Assembly: GCA_051362555.1 (NCBI GenBank)
Contig: CM120645.1
Span: 12,276,001-12,340,000, forward strand
Reading direction: 5' to 3'
DNA length: 64,000 bases
Source: Lingula anatina
Taxonomy: Eukaryota > Animalia > Brachiopoda
Of the stretch, positions 47,713 through 63,300 are shown piece by piece. The stretch's first letter is position 1, and every line of letters begins with the position of its first letter. The position numbers and the translations under genes are program-made. The notes under the pieces were generated by a model. That model had not been told where the DNA came from and did not search any database. It saw only the letters and a program-made list of their open reading frames with translations.

Positions 47713-50700
47713 CCTTCAATTCATAATTCCACAGATGGAAGTCCTATATTTGCAGGCTACAGTTTGGCGCTGCAAGATAAAAGTAACCATATATAAATTA
47801 TGTAAGATAGGCAGTTACTGTTTTGTGGCTGTGCTTTTGATTACATTGTCAAGCCATTCATATCCCCGTTATTGTCCTTAGTTTTTAGTCTCGAAAAAAA
47901 AAAAGAAAGAAAAGAAGAAAATGCTTTTACTGTAATGACTTTATTGATCTAGCAACAGGCCGCATTCATATCTCATTCAACAAAGATGTTACAGTCCTAA
48001 AATTTCAACCAGCAAGTGCTTGATTGCAACCCTCCAATACCGTGTCTTCTCATGCTAGACTGAGCTCGAGGATCGTAAAAGGATTGCAAAATGGACGTTC
48101 TAATTAAGCATCCAAATACTTAATATAGTACTTCCACTAAGTTTGTTAAAACGGAACTAAACACGGCTTCTGGCAAACACGCAGGATTGGAAACAAGTCA
48201 GCCACAGCTCAGTGCTCGCGGATGTCATGAATATTAACTGTTTGAGAGGGCGAATAAAACCATACTTCTCTGCACATAAATGGATATTCAAATCAAATAA
48301 AAGCATTGAAAAACTGGTGCATTAAATTGAAATTGTTCATTTGATCTCGTTCCATTTGATGCTCTGTTTTTCCGTATCTGAGGCAACCGAGTCAGTCGAA
48401 TAACCACAGTATGTGATTGTTTTTTGTTATTTTTTTACTTTCTCTCCGTACACTAGAAATTTGATACAGCCCCACGATTACAATTTCAGCCACACCGTCA
48501 ATCTAGAACCGAGACATGTTGTAAAAGATGTCCAGTGCTGTCAGTCTTCCCTTCAAAACTTGACAGTTTTAAAATATAACAACGTTGTCAAGCAGCTCTT
48601 TATATTTCAGGCCGTAGTTCATTGTCGCTCTACGATGGTCATATTTTCTTTTAAAAACTGCACGCTATACCAAACGGTACCCGTTTTTCTTTTGCGGAAG
48701 TAATTCAGAGCATCCCGTACAGAATTGAGGCAGAATCTACTAAGCTTAGTCGTAGGAAATTAAGGGGTAATTGTCACATTCAACAACCCTGTTATCAAAG
48801 CTACGATAATTTGAGCAAACCCTTATGTGAAGTGAAGGCCTGTTTTGGGTCGCGTCGTTGTTTCCATGCCAACTAACAACCTAGTAATATGTTGAGCTGA
48901 ACTGTGGCATTTCTACCGAATTTGACATTTTACAAACTACCAAATACTCTGGGTTGCTAGAAACAAACCCTGGTATTCCGCAATCCAAATCCAGTCCATG
49001 AAGACTGAACCATTATCCAGATTATTTATGACAAAACAATTAATCTATCTTTAATATACTAAAACGAGCTTCAGTTGAGTAGCGAGGAATCAAAAAACGT
49101 CTTCAATTAAATTCAGTACATTTTCTTTGATTACAAACCGTGAACTCGAAAACAAACACCCTTACCTCTTTTTCGCCTTCCCAAAACACAAAATGAACTT
49201 AACAGTTAGTTATTTGCCTGTGGCGAAGTTCAACGCGTCCTATTCGACGACTGTGACCCTTATCTCACAGATGTATGTAATACCTTTCGGGGGTTGTTGA
49301 GCTTACTTGATTAAACAAGAATTAATCTCATTGCATCTTAGATACGGACAGGTAACTCAGATAAAAGGCTAGTCAAGGGATTACGATCATAGCCTGCTCA
49401 GCGTTCAGCATGATGTAATTAAAACAATGCGATCAGAAACAATCGTTTGATATAATTTTTGTGCATGCTGCATCGTTTTTTTTTTTTTTTGGAGTTTTCG
49501 TTGCAGAAAAGACAACTTTAAGACAACATGTTCGTTTAACTTTATATGAGAGTTGAAATTTTTATAGTATGTTGTGTAAATGAACACATTTGATTGCCTC
49601 TAAAAGAGAGAGAGAGAGAGAGAGAGAATGAGAGAGAGAATGGCAGCAAATTATATTAGAAAATCAGAGAGAGAGAAAGAGCGAGAGAGAAAGAGAGGTT
49701 ATAACCACTTCTCTTTAATCGTGAATTCACTGTCACTGCCACACAAACAGCCGATAACTCTCCACACTATCTTAGAATTATAATCCAAATATTGATAAAC
49801 GACTGTTTATAGGTAGCAACACTGGATTTTCACTGGCGACTAAAATCATCTCCCACATTTGCAGATGTAATTGATTTTGCTCTTGCCTGATACTGCATTA
49901 GTCTGTCGTTCAATATTCATCCCAACAATTGTTTGAGTTTTAAGACGCATAAAATAAGGCGACAAAAAAGTAGAATGACATCACATGATTTTACCGGTCT
50001 TCTACGTTGAATTGGTTGTTCAAATTATTTTGATCAACGTCTTTGTTCACGAAAAAGTGTTTTAATCTGATTTTTATCAGAACTTATTATTCAGGTGATC
50101 TATTAGTTTTTCAAACATGATAAACTAAAACTCAAACTTTGAGATAATACAGAGCAAAGAACAAGGAATTGCGCAACCATATTAAGTAGCAGACACTACC
50201 CTTTTGATGACAATTTCAAATATTAAGCTAAATGAATAAAATATATCTTACCTTCTCTTATTTTAAAGAATTTTTCCATTATCGTCAGCGCGTTGAGGAT
50301 AATCTACAAATTCGTTCTCCGGTGTTTCTGGTAAACGCAAGCTGTGACAACGTCAAACAGTGAGGCGACTAGGGTTCCCTCTAGACAAACACTATAAGCC
50401 TTGGGCCACCTTGACGCACATTGCAACAGTCAACACACCGCGGTCGTTTTCTCGAGCACACATCGTCCGCAAACATTAAACTAAGATGCCGCTCTTTGCG
50501 GCGTTGAAAAGTTAGTGTAACAGTTCAGCGTTCATTGGCGAGAGAAAACAGACGTCTATTTGCCCTGGAAGACGCAGTCGCCATGTTACTGTCGAGCTAT
50601 GTCAACAGAGCACTGTGTATGCTTATCCCACGAGGCGTGTATGAGACAGCACATTAGAGCCACAAAATCAATGGCACTCCTGCGATTTAAAAGACGCTGC

Positions 50701-53700
50701 TTATGCACACCAATTTAAAGTTGACTTTTTTATTGCGATATTTTTTCCAGCACCAGGCATGCATGAAGTATCGATAAATGCTTTAATACAAGATGCCAAT
50801 ATTTTCTATTGCCTTCGGCTTGAGCATTATTATGACGGGGTTGAGAGTCTGCTAAAAAGGATAAACCGTTTAAAAGCCACTCAAGATTCATGTTCGTGGA
50901 CGCAAATTGTAAACATTTGCAAATGACATAATATTTGACTAAAATCACGTGTTTGATTGAGCCAAATATACATAAGGGCATGGGTTTCGGGGGGGGGGGG
51001 TATTATAAGTAAACAAATATCACTGAATGGTCATTTTAGTGGATTTTTTTATTTTACCATTGATTCGTTAGAGTGAGAGGCGCAGAAAGTTTCATAACTG
51101 TTAGGCAATTCATTTATATGTCCGACGGGACCTAACATAATTGCCCAAACGAGCGTGCATTTTTAATTGGACGTTCAATAATCTGCCACCCCGTAGAAAG
51201 GACCTTGTTTCTCACTCAATACGCACCCAATAGCTGATGTGTGTACGAAGACAGGTAAAACAATTTAAGTTAGACGTCAAGAGGTGTCACGTGGTTACGA
51301 GAGGGAGAAAATTATGTACTGTTCTTTTTCAATTTGATTTTCATTTATTTGTTTATTTATTTTTCTCAAAGACTCGAGCACAGTGAAGAGAGAGAGAGAG
51401 AGAGATGGGGAAAAACAAAGACGGTACAAATGATAATTTATAAAATATCTAGAGAATAAGCAGTATTTTACACCACAATATCTATTTCCCGTGTAACTCA
51501 CTTACGCCAGAGAAGTCAATGGAGTGCACTAGAAGCAAAAGCCGACTCAAAATTGCATTAGTTGCGCTGTGCAAGTTGCAACTGCTGCCATTCCTTCATG
51601 TTATTTAAAATATATAAACACAACAATCCAAGTGAATGGAGTGCTTTAGTGAAGCAGTAACTGAAGGTGCACGCATTTTCCCTCCCAATCTACAAGCATG
51701 AATGAATAATAAAGTAGTTACGCAAGTATCAGATATGCTGTAAACCGCAGTCGGCTAAATTAATGTAAATATTATCGACTTCAAAATACAAGGAACGTGC
51801 AGCAGAGATAAATTGCCAACCTTGGTTTTCTTAAAGACTACATATGTTCTAATAAGTAAAGAAAAACCATCATTTAGAAAACTACATCCGTTTATTCAAA
51901 AATCTTCTACATCAGTCTTTGTAGAAACAATAATAAATATATATATATAGAAGACATGAAAGTATTGACCATGGAAATTGCACACTACGACGCACTATAT
52001 TCACAGCGTAGAAGCATAGTAAAGGGTTTCTGCAGATATGTACAGCTGAATTCCAAACAAAATCAAACACTTCTGCCATATTGGGAGAACAATAAAATAA
52101 CATGCAATTAAAAACCTGATGAACTGGGAATTTATCACCTGTTTTAGACTGGTCTGGTATTACTTCACAGTAACAGTTCACTGACAATAATTGGATTTTA
52201 GAAGGGTTCAACTTGAGTTAAGGATTCCTCAGCTTAAAGCCCGACGGCCTGTCTAATCGGTTGTAAACACTATAGCTCAAAACTCTCTGCCTAATTTGAT
52301 TACAGAACAACGGACTACTTGTTCACAACTGTCTTTTTCTAACTGCTTCCTAAACTATGCTTTACATAAATTTGCCTGTCATCACATTAAAACCAATGAT
52401 CCTTGCTGTCTCGGGTTTGCTTATTAGTGGAGTCTCATTCCCCCTCCCCGCCCCATAATTCTGACCTGTCCACGTGTAACCCAAAACGAGGCTTTGAAGT
52501 AGATTGCACCCTACAAACTATAACATTTCAAAAGATTATGTAGAAACAGCCTTACTATCTGGCCGAGGAACATCTTAAATAAAGCAGCACATATAGGTGC
52601 CACATACACGTGATGAAGGACTGACAGATACCCACATAAGGGGGCTATACACATGATTCATTTACAAATATATACAAATATAAATCTTGTACTACTGTCT
52701 TTATACGATACTGCAAAACATTAATAGAAAAAAACTAAGAAAAATTCCACATCGGCAACTGATGTATAAGTTAGACATTTAGGACAAGAACTTGGAAAAA
52801 AGGGGATACACTAACAAAAAAACACAGACTGCATAAACTATGGAATCTTGTTCTACACCATATAACTAGGCAGTACTAAGAAATAGCTGCCCATCAAATA
52901 AAGTGACAAAACAAATGGACTTTTCAAGTGATTTATCCAGATCAGCATTCCCCTCTCTCAAGTCACTTAATAAAAAATACATTCATGCATAAAAATACCT
53001 CAAAAGGGCAAGTCTACAGGTCTTACATACTTCACTATTACAATGCTGCTTATCTCTGTCACTTTCACTTTCTATTTTCCAATAGATACTAATGTTCTTG
53101 ATACTAATTTTGATTTCACCGGCACAGTTATATACAATCTTTTCTCGCCATTTTGCAACTGCACATTTCATAATACAAACAGTGCAATTAAACTGGTAAG
53201 GCCACCATTTGTAAATGGACTAATCTTTTTACAGAGAACAAGAAAAGAAAAAATATACAGATATATAGAAAACACTGCAAGTACAAAGAGCTTGCAAACA
53301 TACAGTTACAAAGTTTTAAATTATCCTTTCAACTGGACAACTATAAATTACTATCATAATAATAACATGAAGGTGCTATAAAAAACTTATGCTTATTTAA
53401 ACTTATCTAAGTCTATTTTTTCATAAGTACCATATTATAAAAGTTACACAGTCATGGCACAAATATGACTAACACTGAAAAGCTTGAAATATCCACTGGA
53501 GCTGAACAACTGGACTTGGGCTTATATGAGGGTGTCTGCCTCACCAAGTGTGCATTAAATTAAAATATCTCACAATAATTGGGTCTCCTCACTAAATCTC
53601 CATTTCTGACTTCGAGGTAAATCTAGCAGGTGACGTGTTGAAAGCCAACCCTCGATTTAAAGCTTAGTTTCTACTAAACACAATTAACACGCTTGGCCTC

Positions 53701-54340
53701 ACGAACCACAATTAAAATTTAACTTGGAAGTATGTATTGCCAGATTAGAGCAAAATTGCAATATACTACAATACTCTCTTTGCATGGTTGAACTTTCTCA
53801 TTAATAAGCACATCATGTGGAGGTTGCCCAAATTTGCTGTTCACAGCAGATACGAGATTCATTTGCCTAAAAATTAAGGACGAGCTTACATCTTCCTTAT
53901 TTAAACAAATTTCTAAAAAAGCCAACTAAACTTTTAAGTTTATACAGAAAACCATGCACTTGCATATTGACTTATTCTTTCCCATAGAAACAAAAACTCT
54001 CAATTTGACTGCTGGCTGAGAATATTTAGAGCTAGTTTCTATTTAAACAAGACGATTTTCTGACCTTGACCCTAACCTTCAATCATGACCTTGACACATA
54101 TTTAGACAAGTTGCTGCCATGGTGGAGATAACGATGAAAACAATGGAGTAATAAGAAAATACATCCATACAAAAACAAAATTCTTATCTTTATATGTTTA
54201 AAAGAAAACAGATCCTTCTGGTTCTGACCTAAACCATTCCACGATGTATTTCCTGAATAAATATTATGAAAATGTAGTTCCTACACAAAAAAAGTTGGCT
54301 TTTGACCCTGAATAAGCAGTCTCTCCAAACTTACTGACTG

Positions 54341-57300
54341 CTACGTCGTCTCCATTTTCACCTCTGTAACACTGTTACTGTCACCACTGCTGCTGCCAAC
54401 ACTGTCTTTGACACCCTTCTCAGCTTTAACATCACATGTTGTGGAATTATCAACGGTGGTTGTTTTTTCCTTGGTTTCACTTTCACTTTTGTTTGCGTCA
54501 CTGTTATCGTCTTCATGTTCAGACTCTGGTGGATAGTAAGACTTTAGGCGAAGATGCCAGGCGATGCTGGTCACAGCAGTGACGGTGCGAAACTGGTGGA
54601 TGACATTGCGCGGGATGAAGTAGATGTCGTTATCACGTAGCTGAATGCGTGCATATTTAATGCCTTCTCGCCGCATTAGATTTAGCTTTGCATCTTCCAC
54701 CCACGACACACACTGAAATAAAAAGAAGAATATTAGTACATAATCATTATATGTTATATTATATATGGGTGAAAGTTGTAAAAAAAATGAAAATCTCCAA
54801 AATGTAGCTTGCAATTTATTGCATTAAAACCATATGAAAAAAAAAAAAAAAAAAAAAAAAAAAATGATGACTTAAAATCCTAAAATCAGACATAATCCTG
54901 AAAACTTTCAACCATGATTACATGATATATGTACACAAATTTTAGACAGGCAGTTTTATTGGTTAACTTTTTTTAAAGTGAAATGTTGGATCAATAAAAA
55001 CGTTTACTGTACCTGTGACATGGGTGGTTCATGGAGGTCAAGCTGCATCATTTCTGTCACCTGGGCAAAATTGGCTGCCTCAAAACAGATCACATCCTTT
55101 GTTATACGGTCTCCTGCAGGCCTGGGGGTAATGAGAACACATTTCCATTTATTTTACCAGTATTATACTGCATTCAAACGAATACTACTTAAAAAAAAAG
55201 AAAAAAAAAAGGATGCATACTTCATTACCCACATGCTCCAAAGTACCCTAAAACCTCAGATACAAGGTCAAGGTTATTATTATTTTTTTCTTTGAAAGAG
55301 AAAGCAAATTTTTCTTTCAGATTACACTGACGAAAAGATTTCAATTTTCAGACAACTGATAAAATCATCAATATCAACACTTCTAGTGGACAACTTACTT
55401 TTGACCGCAGTGGACAGCCTTGAGTACCCCCACGGCTGCAGTGGTGGCCCTGTCAAACCCGTGACCCACATGGTCAGCGTGACACATGGTGCGGTCCTCT
55501 ATCAGGGTCTCTCTGGGCTCAGACACCCTGGGGAGCAAGGCTAAATTCTTCAGTTCATTCATGCCCCTACAATAGAAATTAGCAGTATTAAAATAAATTA
55601 TATTCCTCTATTGGGTTCTCTCTGGGCTCTGACACCCTGGGAAGCAGGGCTAAGTTCTTCAGCTCATTCATACCCCTACAAAAGAAATCAGCAGCATAAA
55701 AACAAGCTTAAAATTAGGTCTGCCTTACACCATAATATATATGATATATTCAGCAAAGCTAGTTTTTTTTAGAGCTCTCATTCCACCAAGGCATAGTTTT
55801 TTTTTTTTTTTGCATTAGTCTGAATCTAATACTCATCTTCATTAATTCAATGTGGGGAACATGCACTCATTGTATGTGGTAATGTCATCTTAATTGCATA
55901 ACTATGTTCTCTTAATCTGAACAACAGTGTAATTTACAATTTGGGAAGGAGTTTTCAAAGGCTCTAATACAGACCCCATTTTATTTTCATCCCTAGTCTT
56001 TTGCATGATCTTGTACTTAAACATCATTTTGCAAAGAAACGTAGTTAAATTTACAAAAACATGACACATTTTCATCATATATTGTACATTAAGAACATTA
56101 AATTTCAATTTTTTCTTTGGCAACTAACTCCATAACTTTAACCAAATATTTACTTATACTATGGAACACAGAAATCAGTACCTTTTCCTCTTGAAAGGAG
56201 ACTTGGGCATATCAGCGCTGGGCACCATCTGCTCACCAGGGCGCGCCCACAAGATAGGCCCATCATTGCTACGATTCCTTGGCAGCCCGTGGACTACAGA
56301 CAGGTCACCCCAGGGCATGCTCTTCCTCAGGAATGGGTTGTGTTCCAGCATGTCGAGGAAATCAGGGAAATAATCTCCGGCTTCTTCTGTCACCGTGCCC
56401 ACAAGGCTGAGCTGGAGGAGAGAGCCGGAGCGGAAAGTCCCATACGAGTACGACTGGCGTACTTTTTCAACGAACGCCTCCATCGTCGTGGTCTCGATGT
56501 CCGACTTGCCAAGTATTCCTGCTTTGACCACTAGCTGCGGGTAGAGGAAGGCAAAATGCTCCAGCAGGTCAGGAAGGTACGAGGCAGCTCTATGAACGAT
56601 AGCCATCACATACTTGGCTGTCCCGTATGGTTCCTCACCATAGGCTTCTGTGAAAAACTCCTGTGCGAATTCCTCACTCTGTTCTGGTGTTAAACAGTCC
56701 AGCTCCTCTTGGTAACAATGAATGACTTTAGCGCCCCCATTGGTGTGAACCTCCACATGCATAAGGTGACCATATTTATACTTCGACGAGAGATCAGATT
56801 TCTTTATAACTATGTCAACGTCTCTAAAAGTATCTGGTTGAGATGCAATTTTGCTGTCTGAAAGTTCCAGTAATTTAGCCTGGTAAGACGCTCTTATGGC
56901 ATCAAGCTGCATTTTGCTAGCAGTCCTTTGTAGCCCACCACTGTCCTTACTATTGGATTTTGGCGTCTTCTGATGATGGTCCTTCTTGGAATCACTACTG
57001 ATAGCACTGCCACCTTTTGATAATGAATGGTCCTTTTCTGACTTTGCCCCACCACTGTGTTTGGTTTTATCGGGTTTCTTTGTACTACTGGTTACTGAAG
57101 AAGAGCTGCCACTTTTGTGAGATTTTTCTGGGGTTGTGTGTTCAACTTTCCGTATCTTATGAGGACTGCTGTCGCTGCCTTTGACTGTCTTGTCTAGTGG
57201 GCGCTTCAAGGCAACTTTCTCCTCCATCTGCGACCCATCCCTGCTTTGGGATTTAGTCAGATCTTTGTCTCCAACCTTTTTAACCCTATGCTCACTGTCC

Positions 57301-60300
57301 TTGTTAACCCTATGCTGGCCATCTTTGCTGACCCCTTGTCCATCGTCCTTCTTAATTCCATGACCACCATCTTTGTTGACCTTATGCGACTGGTCTTTGT
57401 TTTGTGAAACTTTTACTGCATTGCTGTCCTTCTTAGAAGTCAATGGTACAGTTTTAGTTTTATCTTTTTCTATCTTGACTGTCTGTAATTGATGGGAAGA
57501 CGCATCCTTCTCTTTAACAACTGAAGAGTCCACTGGTTGATGCTTTTCAGGTTTAGAGCCCGAGCCAGCCGTTTTGTCTCTTTGGTGTGCTGAATCAGTT
57601 TTACTTTTTTCCTTCTTTTTCTCTTTGTTAACACTATGATGGCTTGAATTACTATGACTAGATGAGTTACTTTTGCTGGGGCTAGATTTTGCAATCATTT
57701 TGTCCCCAGTGAAAAGTTTACCTGACTTACTGCTAGATGTATGAGATTTAGACTTGCAGTCTGATGATGATGATATGGTTTCTCCTTTAGAGTCAACTTT
57801 TAAAGTCTCAGTACTTTTTGCACCTTTTTCTTCCCTGATTGTCAGTTTCTTTGCCAAGTCTGAACTTTTTGACACTTCTGTATTATTTGCCTTCCTTGCT
57901 GATTCTGTGCTATTAGATCTCTTCACTGTGTGAGAAGTTTTATTCGCACTTGTATGAGATGAATTTAAACTATGATCCGTACCCTTCCCCGAACTCTGTG
58001 TAATTTTCCCAGAAGGCTCACCATGTGATTTCGATTGTCCATTACCACTCTTGCCCTCTTTATGTGTCAAAGAGGGCATCTTCCCAGCTGCCTTTTCACT
58101 ACCCTCTGTCGATTTCTTAATGTCAGTCTGACTTGTCTTGACCTTATGACTGTCTTTATGGCCTGTCTTGACAATAACTGGTGTCTGAGAGATGACATTT
58201 GGGTCTGTCTTGACTATATCTTTGCTGGGGGCCTTTTCCAATTTGACCTTGGCCTCAATCAGATCAACTGCATTTGATATTTTATCTACAACTGTCTCAG
58301 TGCTGCCAGAGACTTGAAGACTTTCAGCCACACAAGGCGTCACCACTGGTGCTGTGGCTGCAACGGTGCCTCCCCCTGGTGATTCCTCAGAGTTCCTCTC
58401 CCTCTTTTCCTTGTGGTGCTTATGATGGTGGTGCCGTTTCTCCTTGGCCTTGTGTTTATGTTTGTGAGATTTGTGCTCCTTGTGGTGTTTCTTCTTGTGA
58501 GATTTCTCCCTGGAGGCTGTGGTGTTCTCATCATGTGGAGACGACTCGGAGGTCTTTATGGAACAGGTCTCTGACACCGGGTCTGAAATGAAATAATAAT
58601 AAAGTCTTATTCAATACTATAAAAGTTTGTTGAAATTTTAATAAAAATATTTGTATTTATTTTTTGTGTTAGCAAATCTAATTATAATAGTTTGAAATGA
58701 TCATTTCTGTAAGGGTAATTGGATTTTTAAACTATCTTTCAATGAAGCGTAAAATCTCCCATCTTTTAACAGAAACTGTCTCCGATAGTACAATCATTGC
58801 AATTTTTATGTGTTATCCTTAAATTGTAACCCTAAGGTTATGCTCCCTTATGTTCACTTACTTCAGAAAAAAAAAAAAAAAGACATTTTAGAGGTTTTAT
58901 CTTGCCTTGACCTAAAAGCTATTCAAATTCCTTTTCCTATAAAATGTGTAATCACTGATAAAGCTTTTTCTTATCTATTTATCTTTTATCGTCATATTTT
59001 ATAGAAACAGACGATATGGACCTCACTGAGAGGAAACACTTCACCTTAGCATCTTTTATGTAAAACAAACTCTACGGTTTACTATAAATGGTAATTGAAA
59101 AATTCTCCCACTCTGATCAGTGATCTGTCCATTCATTCATTCATTATAGCTTTTCTTTTGTTAACATGCACAACCTAATTTTCACCTTAAAGCCATAACA
59201 CTGAAAATATGTGACTTCGTGTTTCGTCTAAGTGTTCAACATAAAATAGTGATCAAACAGCAAATATTAATGGCAAGTGTACTAAAAATGCCTACTTCTA
59301 ATCACAAACCAGTTATTTCAGAGTCACCCTACTAAATGTTCAAAATAAAAGAAGAACAAAACAATAGAGGAAACCCTGTGAGTGTTTGTCACCTGTGCCT
59401 CACACCTCAACATCACACTACCTCAGCTTAGTACAAACACAAGTTGAACAACTCAAGAGGATTTTCACTAGATTTTGGACTTTCTAATTCTCTGATTTTA
59501 AGTGGGATAACTTTCCATGTAAGCAAATTAAGGACCCTCAACAGTTGTGCAAATCAGAATTTTGCCACGCCTAGCTGTACTCAATCCAGTAAGATTGCAC
59601 TTTCAGCCCCTAAGTTAGGATTTTTTTTTTCTAAATCCATCCTGTAAATAGGGAAAAACATGGTTTTATGCCTTTGTAAAAACTAAATAACTGGTGTCAG
59701 CTTCATTCTTGTATCAGCAAGCATCAAACATAAATCACCTATGTAAAATACCAGGAAGCAAATAAAAAATTCCATGCGTGTATCTCAACACTGTCAGTAA
59801 CAGAAAAATATTACAACTTCTCTTGCCAAGTCAGAGTCATAAAAGTTGCCCGTTTTCCCCAATAACAATTGACCCTAATAAACGGCCCTCATGACCTCTG
59901 ACCAATTATACGCAACTGGAGGTTTCCACACATCTTTTTAAACATCTACTACCATACCTGCTATGGCAAAGAGTCTTTACTGGTCTAACCTCGCTCAGAT
60001 TTTTCTCAGCCATTTCCTGCTCTGATATAAAACTGAGGGACTATGTGATGTTGGACACTCCAAAGCCTCGTTTTCCACACATACTCAGAGAAGGCCAAGG
60101 TAATATCAGGCAGGGGAAAAGTGAGCTTTGTCATGTACTCAGCCCTCCACATATCTAATACACAGTGAGGTATACAGGCTTATGTTACTAGTAGTACACA
60201 GGGAAAAAAATGAGTACTGCCAAGTTTGAAGTCATGTCACAGATAACATACAAGGTTAAGACATTAAAGATAACAACTGACCTCTTAGGTAATGCACTTC

Positions 60301-63300
60301 TGATAACAAGTTAAGAAATTCAATTTACTATAAAGAACCATTTAAACAAACATACCATACACACACCACACATTAAGCCTTTCAAGTCCAGATACCCAGC
60401 TATGTTAACACCTATAGTTTAAGATAGTTTACTAAATAAGACTACCACGTTGTCACCGAGTTACCAAGGTAAAATTTAACCTTATAATTTTAGTCAAATT
60501 CAATTAGACAGCTTAGATTCTTAAATGGCTTGGATGAGATTGTCTATTGACTAAATTTATATATCAAAAAAGGCCCAAGTTTGTCACCACACACACACAC
60601 ACACAGCAGTTTGCAAAATGCTCCAAGCAATTTATAAGAATTTAAGGATGCATATCCGACCTCACCAACTAAAAAAGGACCATAAATAATGTGCTTTTCC
60701 ATACATAAATGATATAGTACACATATTTGTGGTGTACACATATCTGTGAATGAAATATTGAGTGAAGCAAAAGGGAAATTGTTTGTGTGCTTCAGCCTTT
60801 GGCACAGATAACCAATAAAAGAAAACACTGTTATCTGTCACTTGAAGTCTTTGCAGCCAAGATGCCATATTTCATGTATTTTTTATGAATGTTATACTGT
60901 GCACAGTAAAATTTGATAACCTGACGTTTTGGAATAGTTTGGTCACAGTTATTTTACCTTTCTGTCAAATCAAGAAAAAATAACTTCATTTTAATAAATC
61001 AATAAATGAATAAAAATAATAAAATCAAAATCTCTTATGCAAACACCACATCAATCAACTAAGAGCAAACTAACAGAAAGATACTGTCTTGTGATATGTG
61101 CAACAATAACCTCACTTTGGCATCAGCGTAATAGCCAGGTAATTATAGCCGAATCAACATTTGTGAATTAAATAAATGTGAAAAATGGCAGAAAAAGGTA
61201 AACCATTCAATAATTATCATAGTATGATAACTAAACGAAATATCTTTTAAAGTACTAAATTCAAATCTACAAAGTACAAGTTATATACAAGTTAGCTTAG
61301 TTTTGAAAGATAATTTTAACAGGCATCCTAGTGTGAACTTTACACAGATTGTCCTCTTATTGCTGTCTGGATGTTAAAAACCTATCAAAAAATGATTACT
61401 ATGATAACTAAGACAATACCAGAGCACATTAAGTGAATAAGAATCTTTAGGAATCTATTATTTTAATTGGGCTGGCTCTACATAAAAACTCAAGTTGGTC
61501 TCAAATTTAGACCAAATTTTTGGGGCTACTCAGTTTCCAGATTAATGTGCTTTAGTCTGACACTAATGAAAATAAAGCAACAACTGAGGATATACATCAT
61601 CTATTTATTTCTTTGCATAAAATGGGAAATAATTCACATTAGTGGACTATTGCTGAATACCTTGGGCAACAGTAAACCAAGAAATGGAATATAAAAGTTA
61701 AGACCATTTTTTGTTCATTCGTTAAAAAAACTTGCCCAAGGAATTCACCAGTCTGTTAACTGTGACATTGTACTCACCCCCTGGCACACCATTGACGAGG
61801 GAGTCAGCCCTGGGCAGCTTGATCTTCAGGGGCATCACTTTGGGTGGGGTGGGGGACAGTTCAGACTCACTGCAGCTGGTGGGACGGAATTTTTCCTTGC
61901 CTTCTGTGTCATCCACATACCTGGAAATGAAATCAAATGTATAAGAACTGATTGCAATAGATATAAATTATTGCTTCAAAAAATACTTAACATCAACCAT
62001 GTTAAAAAATATGAAAATTAAAAGAAAAATATTAATTTCTTTTGATTGGTACACTAGCTGCCAATTTTGGATTCTTTTAGTGGAATACAATATTTTGTGT
62101 TATAAAACATTCATAATACCTTAAATTGTCATAAACATATGCCAGCTAAATAAGATAAGACAGGGAATATATAATACATCTTACAGTAAATAAATAATAA
62201 ATAAACTTATCATAAAGCTCTACTGAATATTTGGTACTTTTGTAGTATACCCCCCACCCTGTAACTTCCTGAAACTTTCATTTTTCAAACATTTTTTTAC
62301 TTTGTCTTTTTCACCTATGTCAAAGCTGTTGAAATAAAATGTTTTTGTAATTACCTGTGGTCTTTTTATTAGTTTAATCACGTTTAATCCACCCCATTGA
62401 AATACAATGTGAAAATTTACAATGTATCTGCAGTCAATAACTTGCAGCATTTTCGTTGGCTAACTCTAACTTATTTTATGTGAACATAAGATTGATACAT
62501 TGTATACTTGGACTTCCTCTGTGAAATTATTATGAGCTACTTGTTCACATAAAATTACCTTAGAGTTAGCCAACGAAAACGCGGCAAGTTATTGACTGCG
62601 GGTGTAAATTGAAGATTCTAACATTGTATTTCAATGGGCTGGATTAAACGTGATTAAAACTAATGAAAAGTCCACAGGTAATTACAAAAGCATTTTATTT
62701 CAACAGCTTTGACATAGATGAACAAGAAAATGTAAAAAACTGTTTGAAAAGTGAAAGTTACAGAAAGTTACAGGGTGGGGGGGTATACCACAAAAGTACC
62801 GAATATTTTAATAGCTGCTAATATGAACTCCACTCGTTAACAACTGGTCCACAAATTAATACAAATGATATCATGATAAGCATTCAATTGTATTAACTTA
62901 TCAAATGCATACAAAATGATATTCTGTAACTATTCCACATTCTAAATTATTGATGACAAGCCCGCTACCTACCCAGAGCTTGACAGGCGTCTGTAGTCAT
63001 GGTGTGTACGTTTTCGTTTCCCCATGTCAGGCGTTACCGGCGACTCGGTTTTTGGCTCACTGCAGCCTGTGCTTGATTGGTTTTCAGTGGATGAGTGTCG
63101 CTGTGGAGTGACCTCGCCCTTTTCAGGGCCACTGGTATCCTCATCCATGCTCTCGTCTGTTTTGTTTTCGTCCTTGGTTGAGAAGTGGCACTGCTGTCCA
63201 GGCAAATTACGGAAACTTTTCGGGTCTCTTGCTGCATTTGACAACTTATTTTCCACGACTGTAGCCGGTTTATTTGATGTATCTACTTCAGGTGCGTCAT

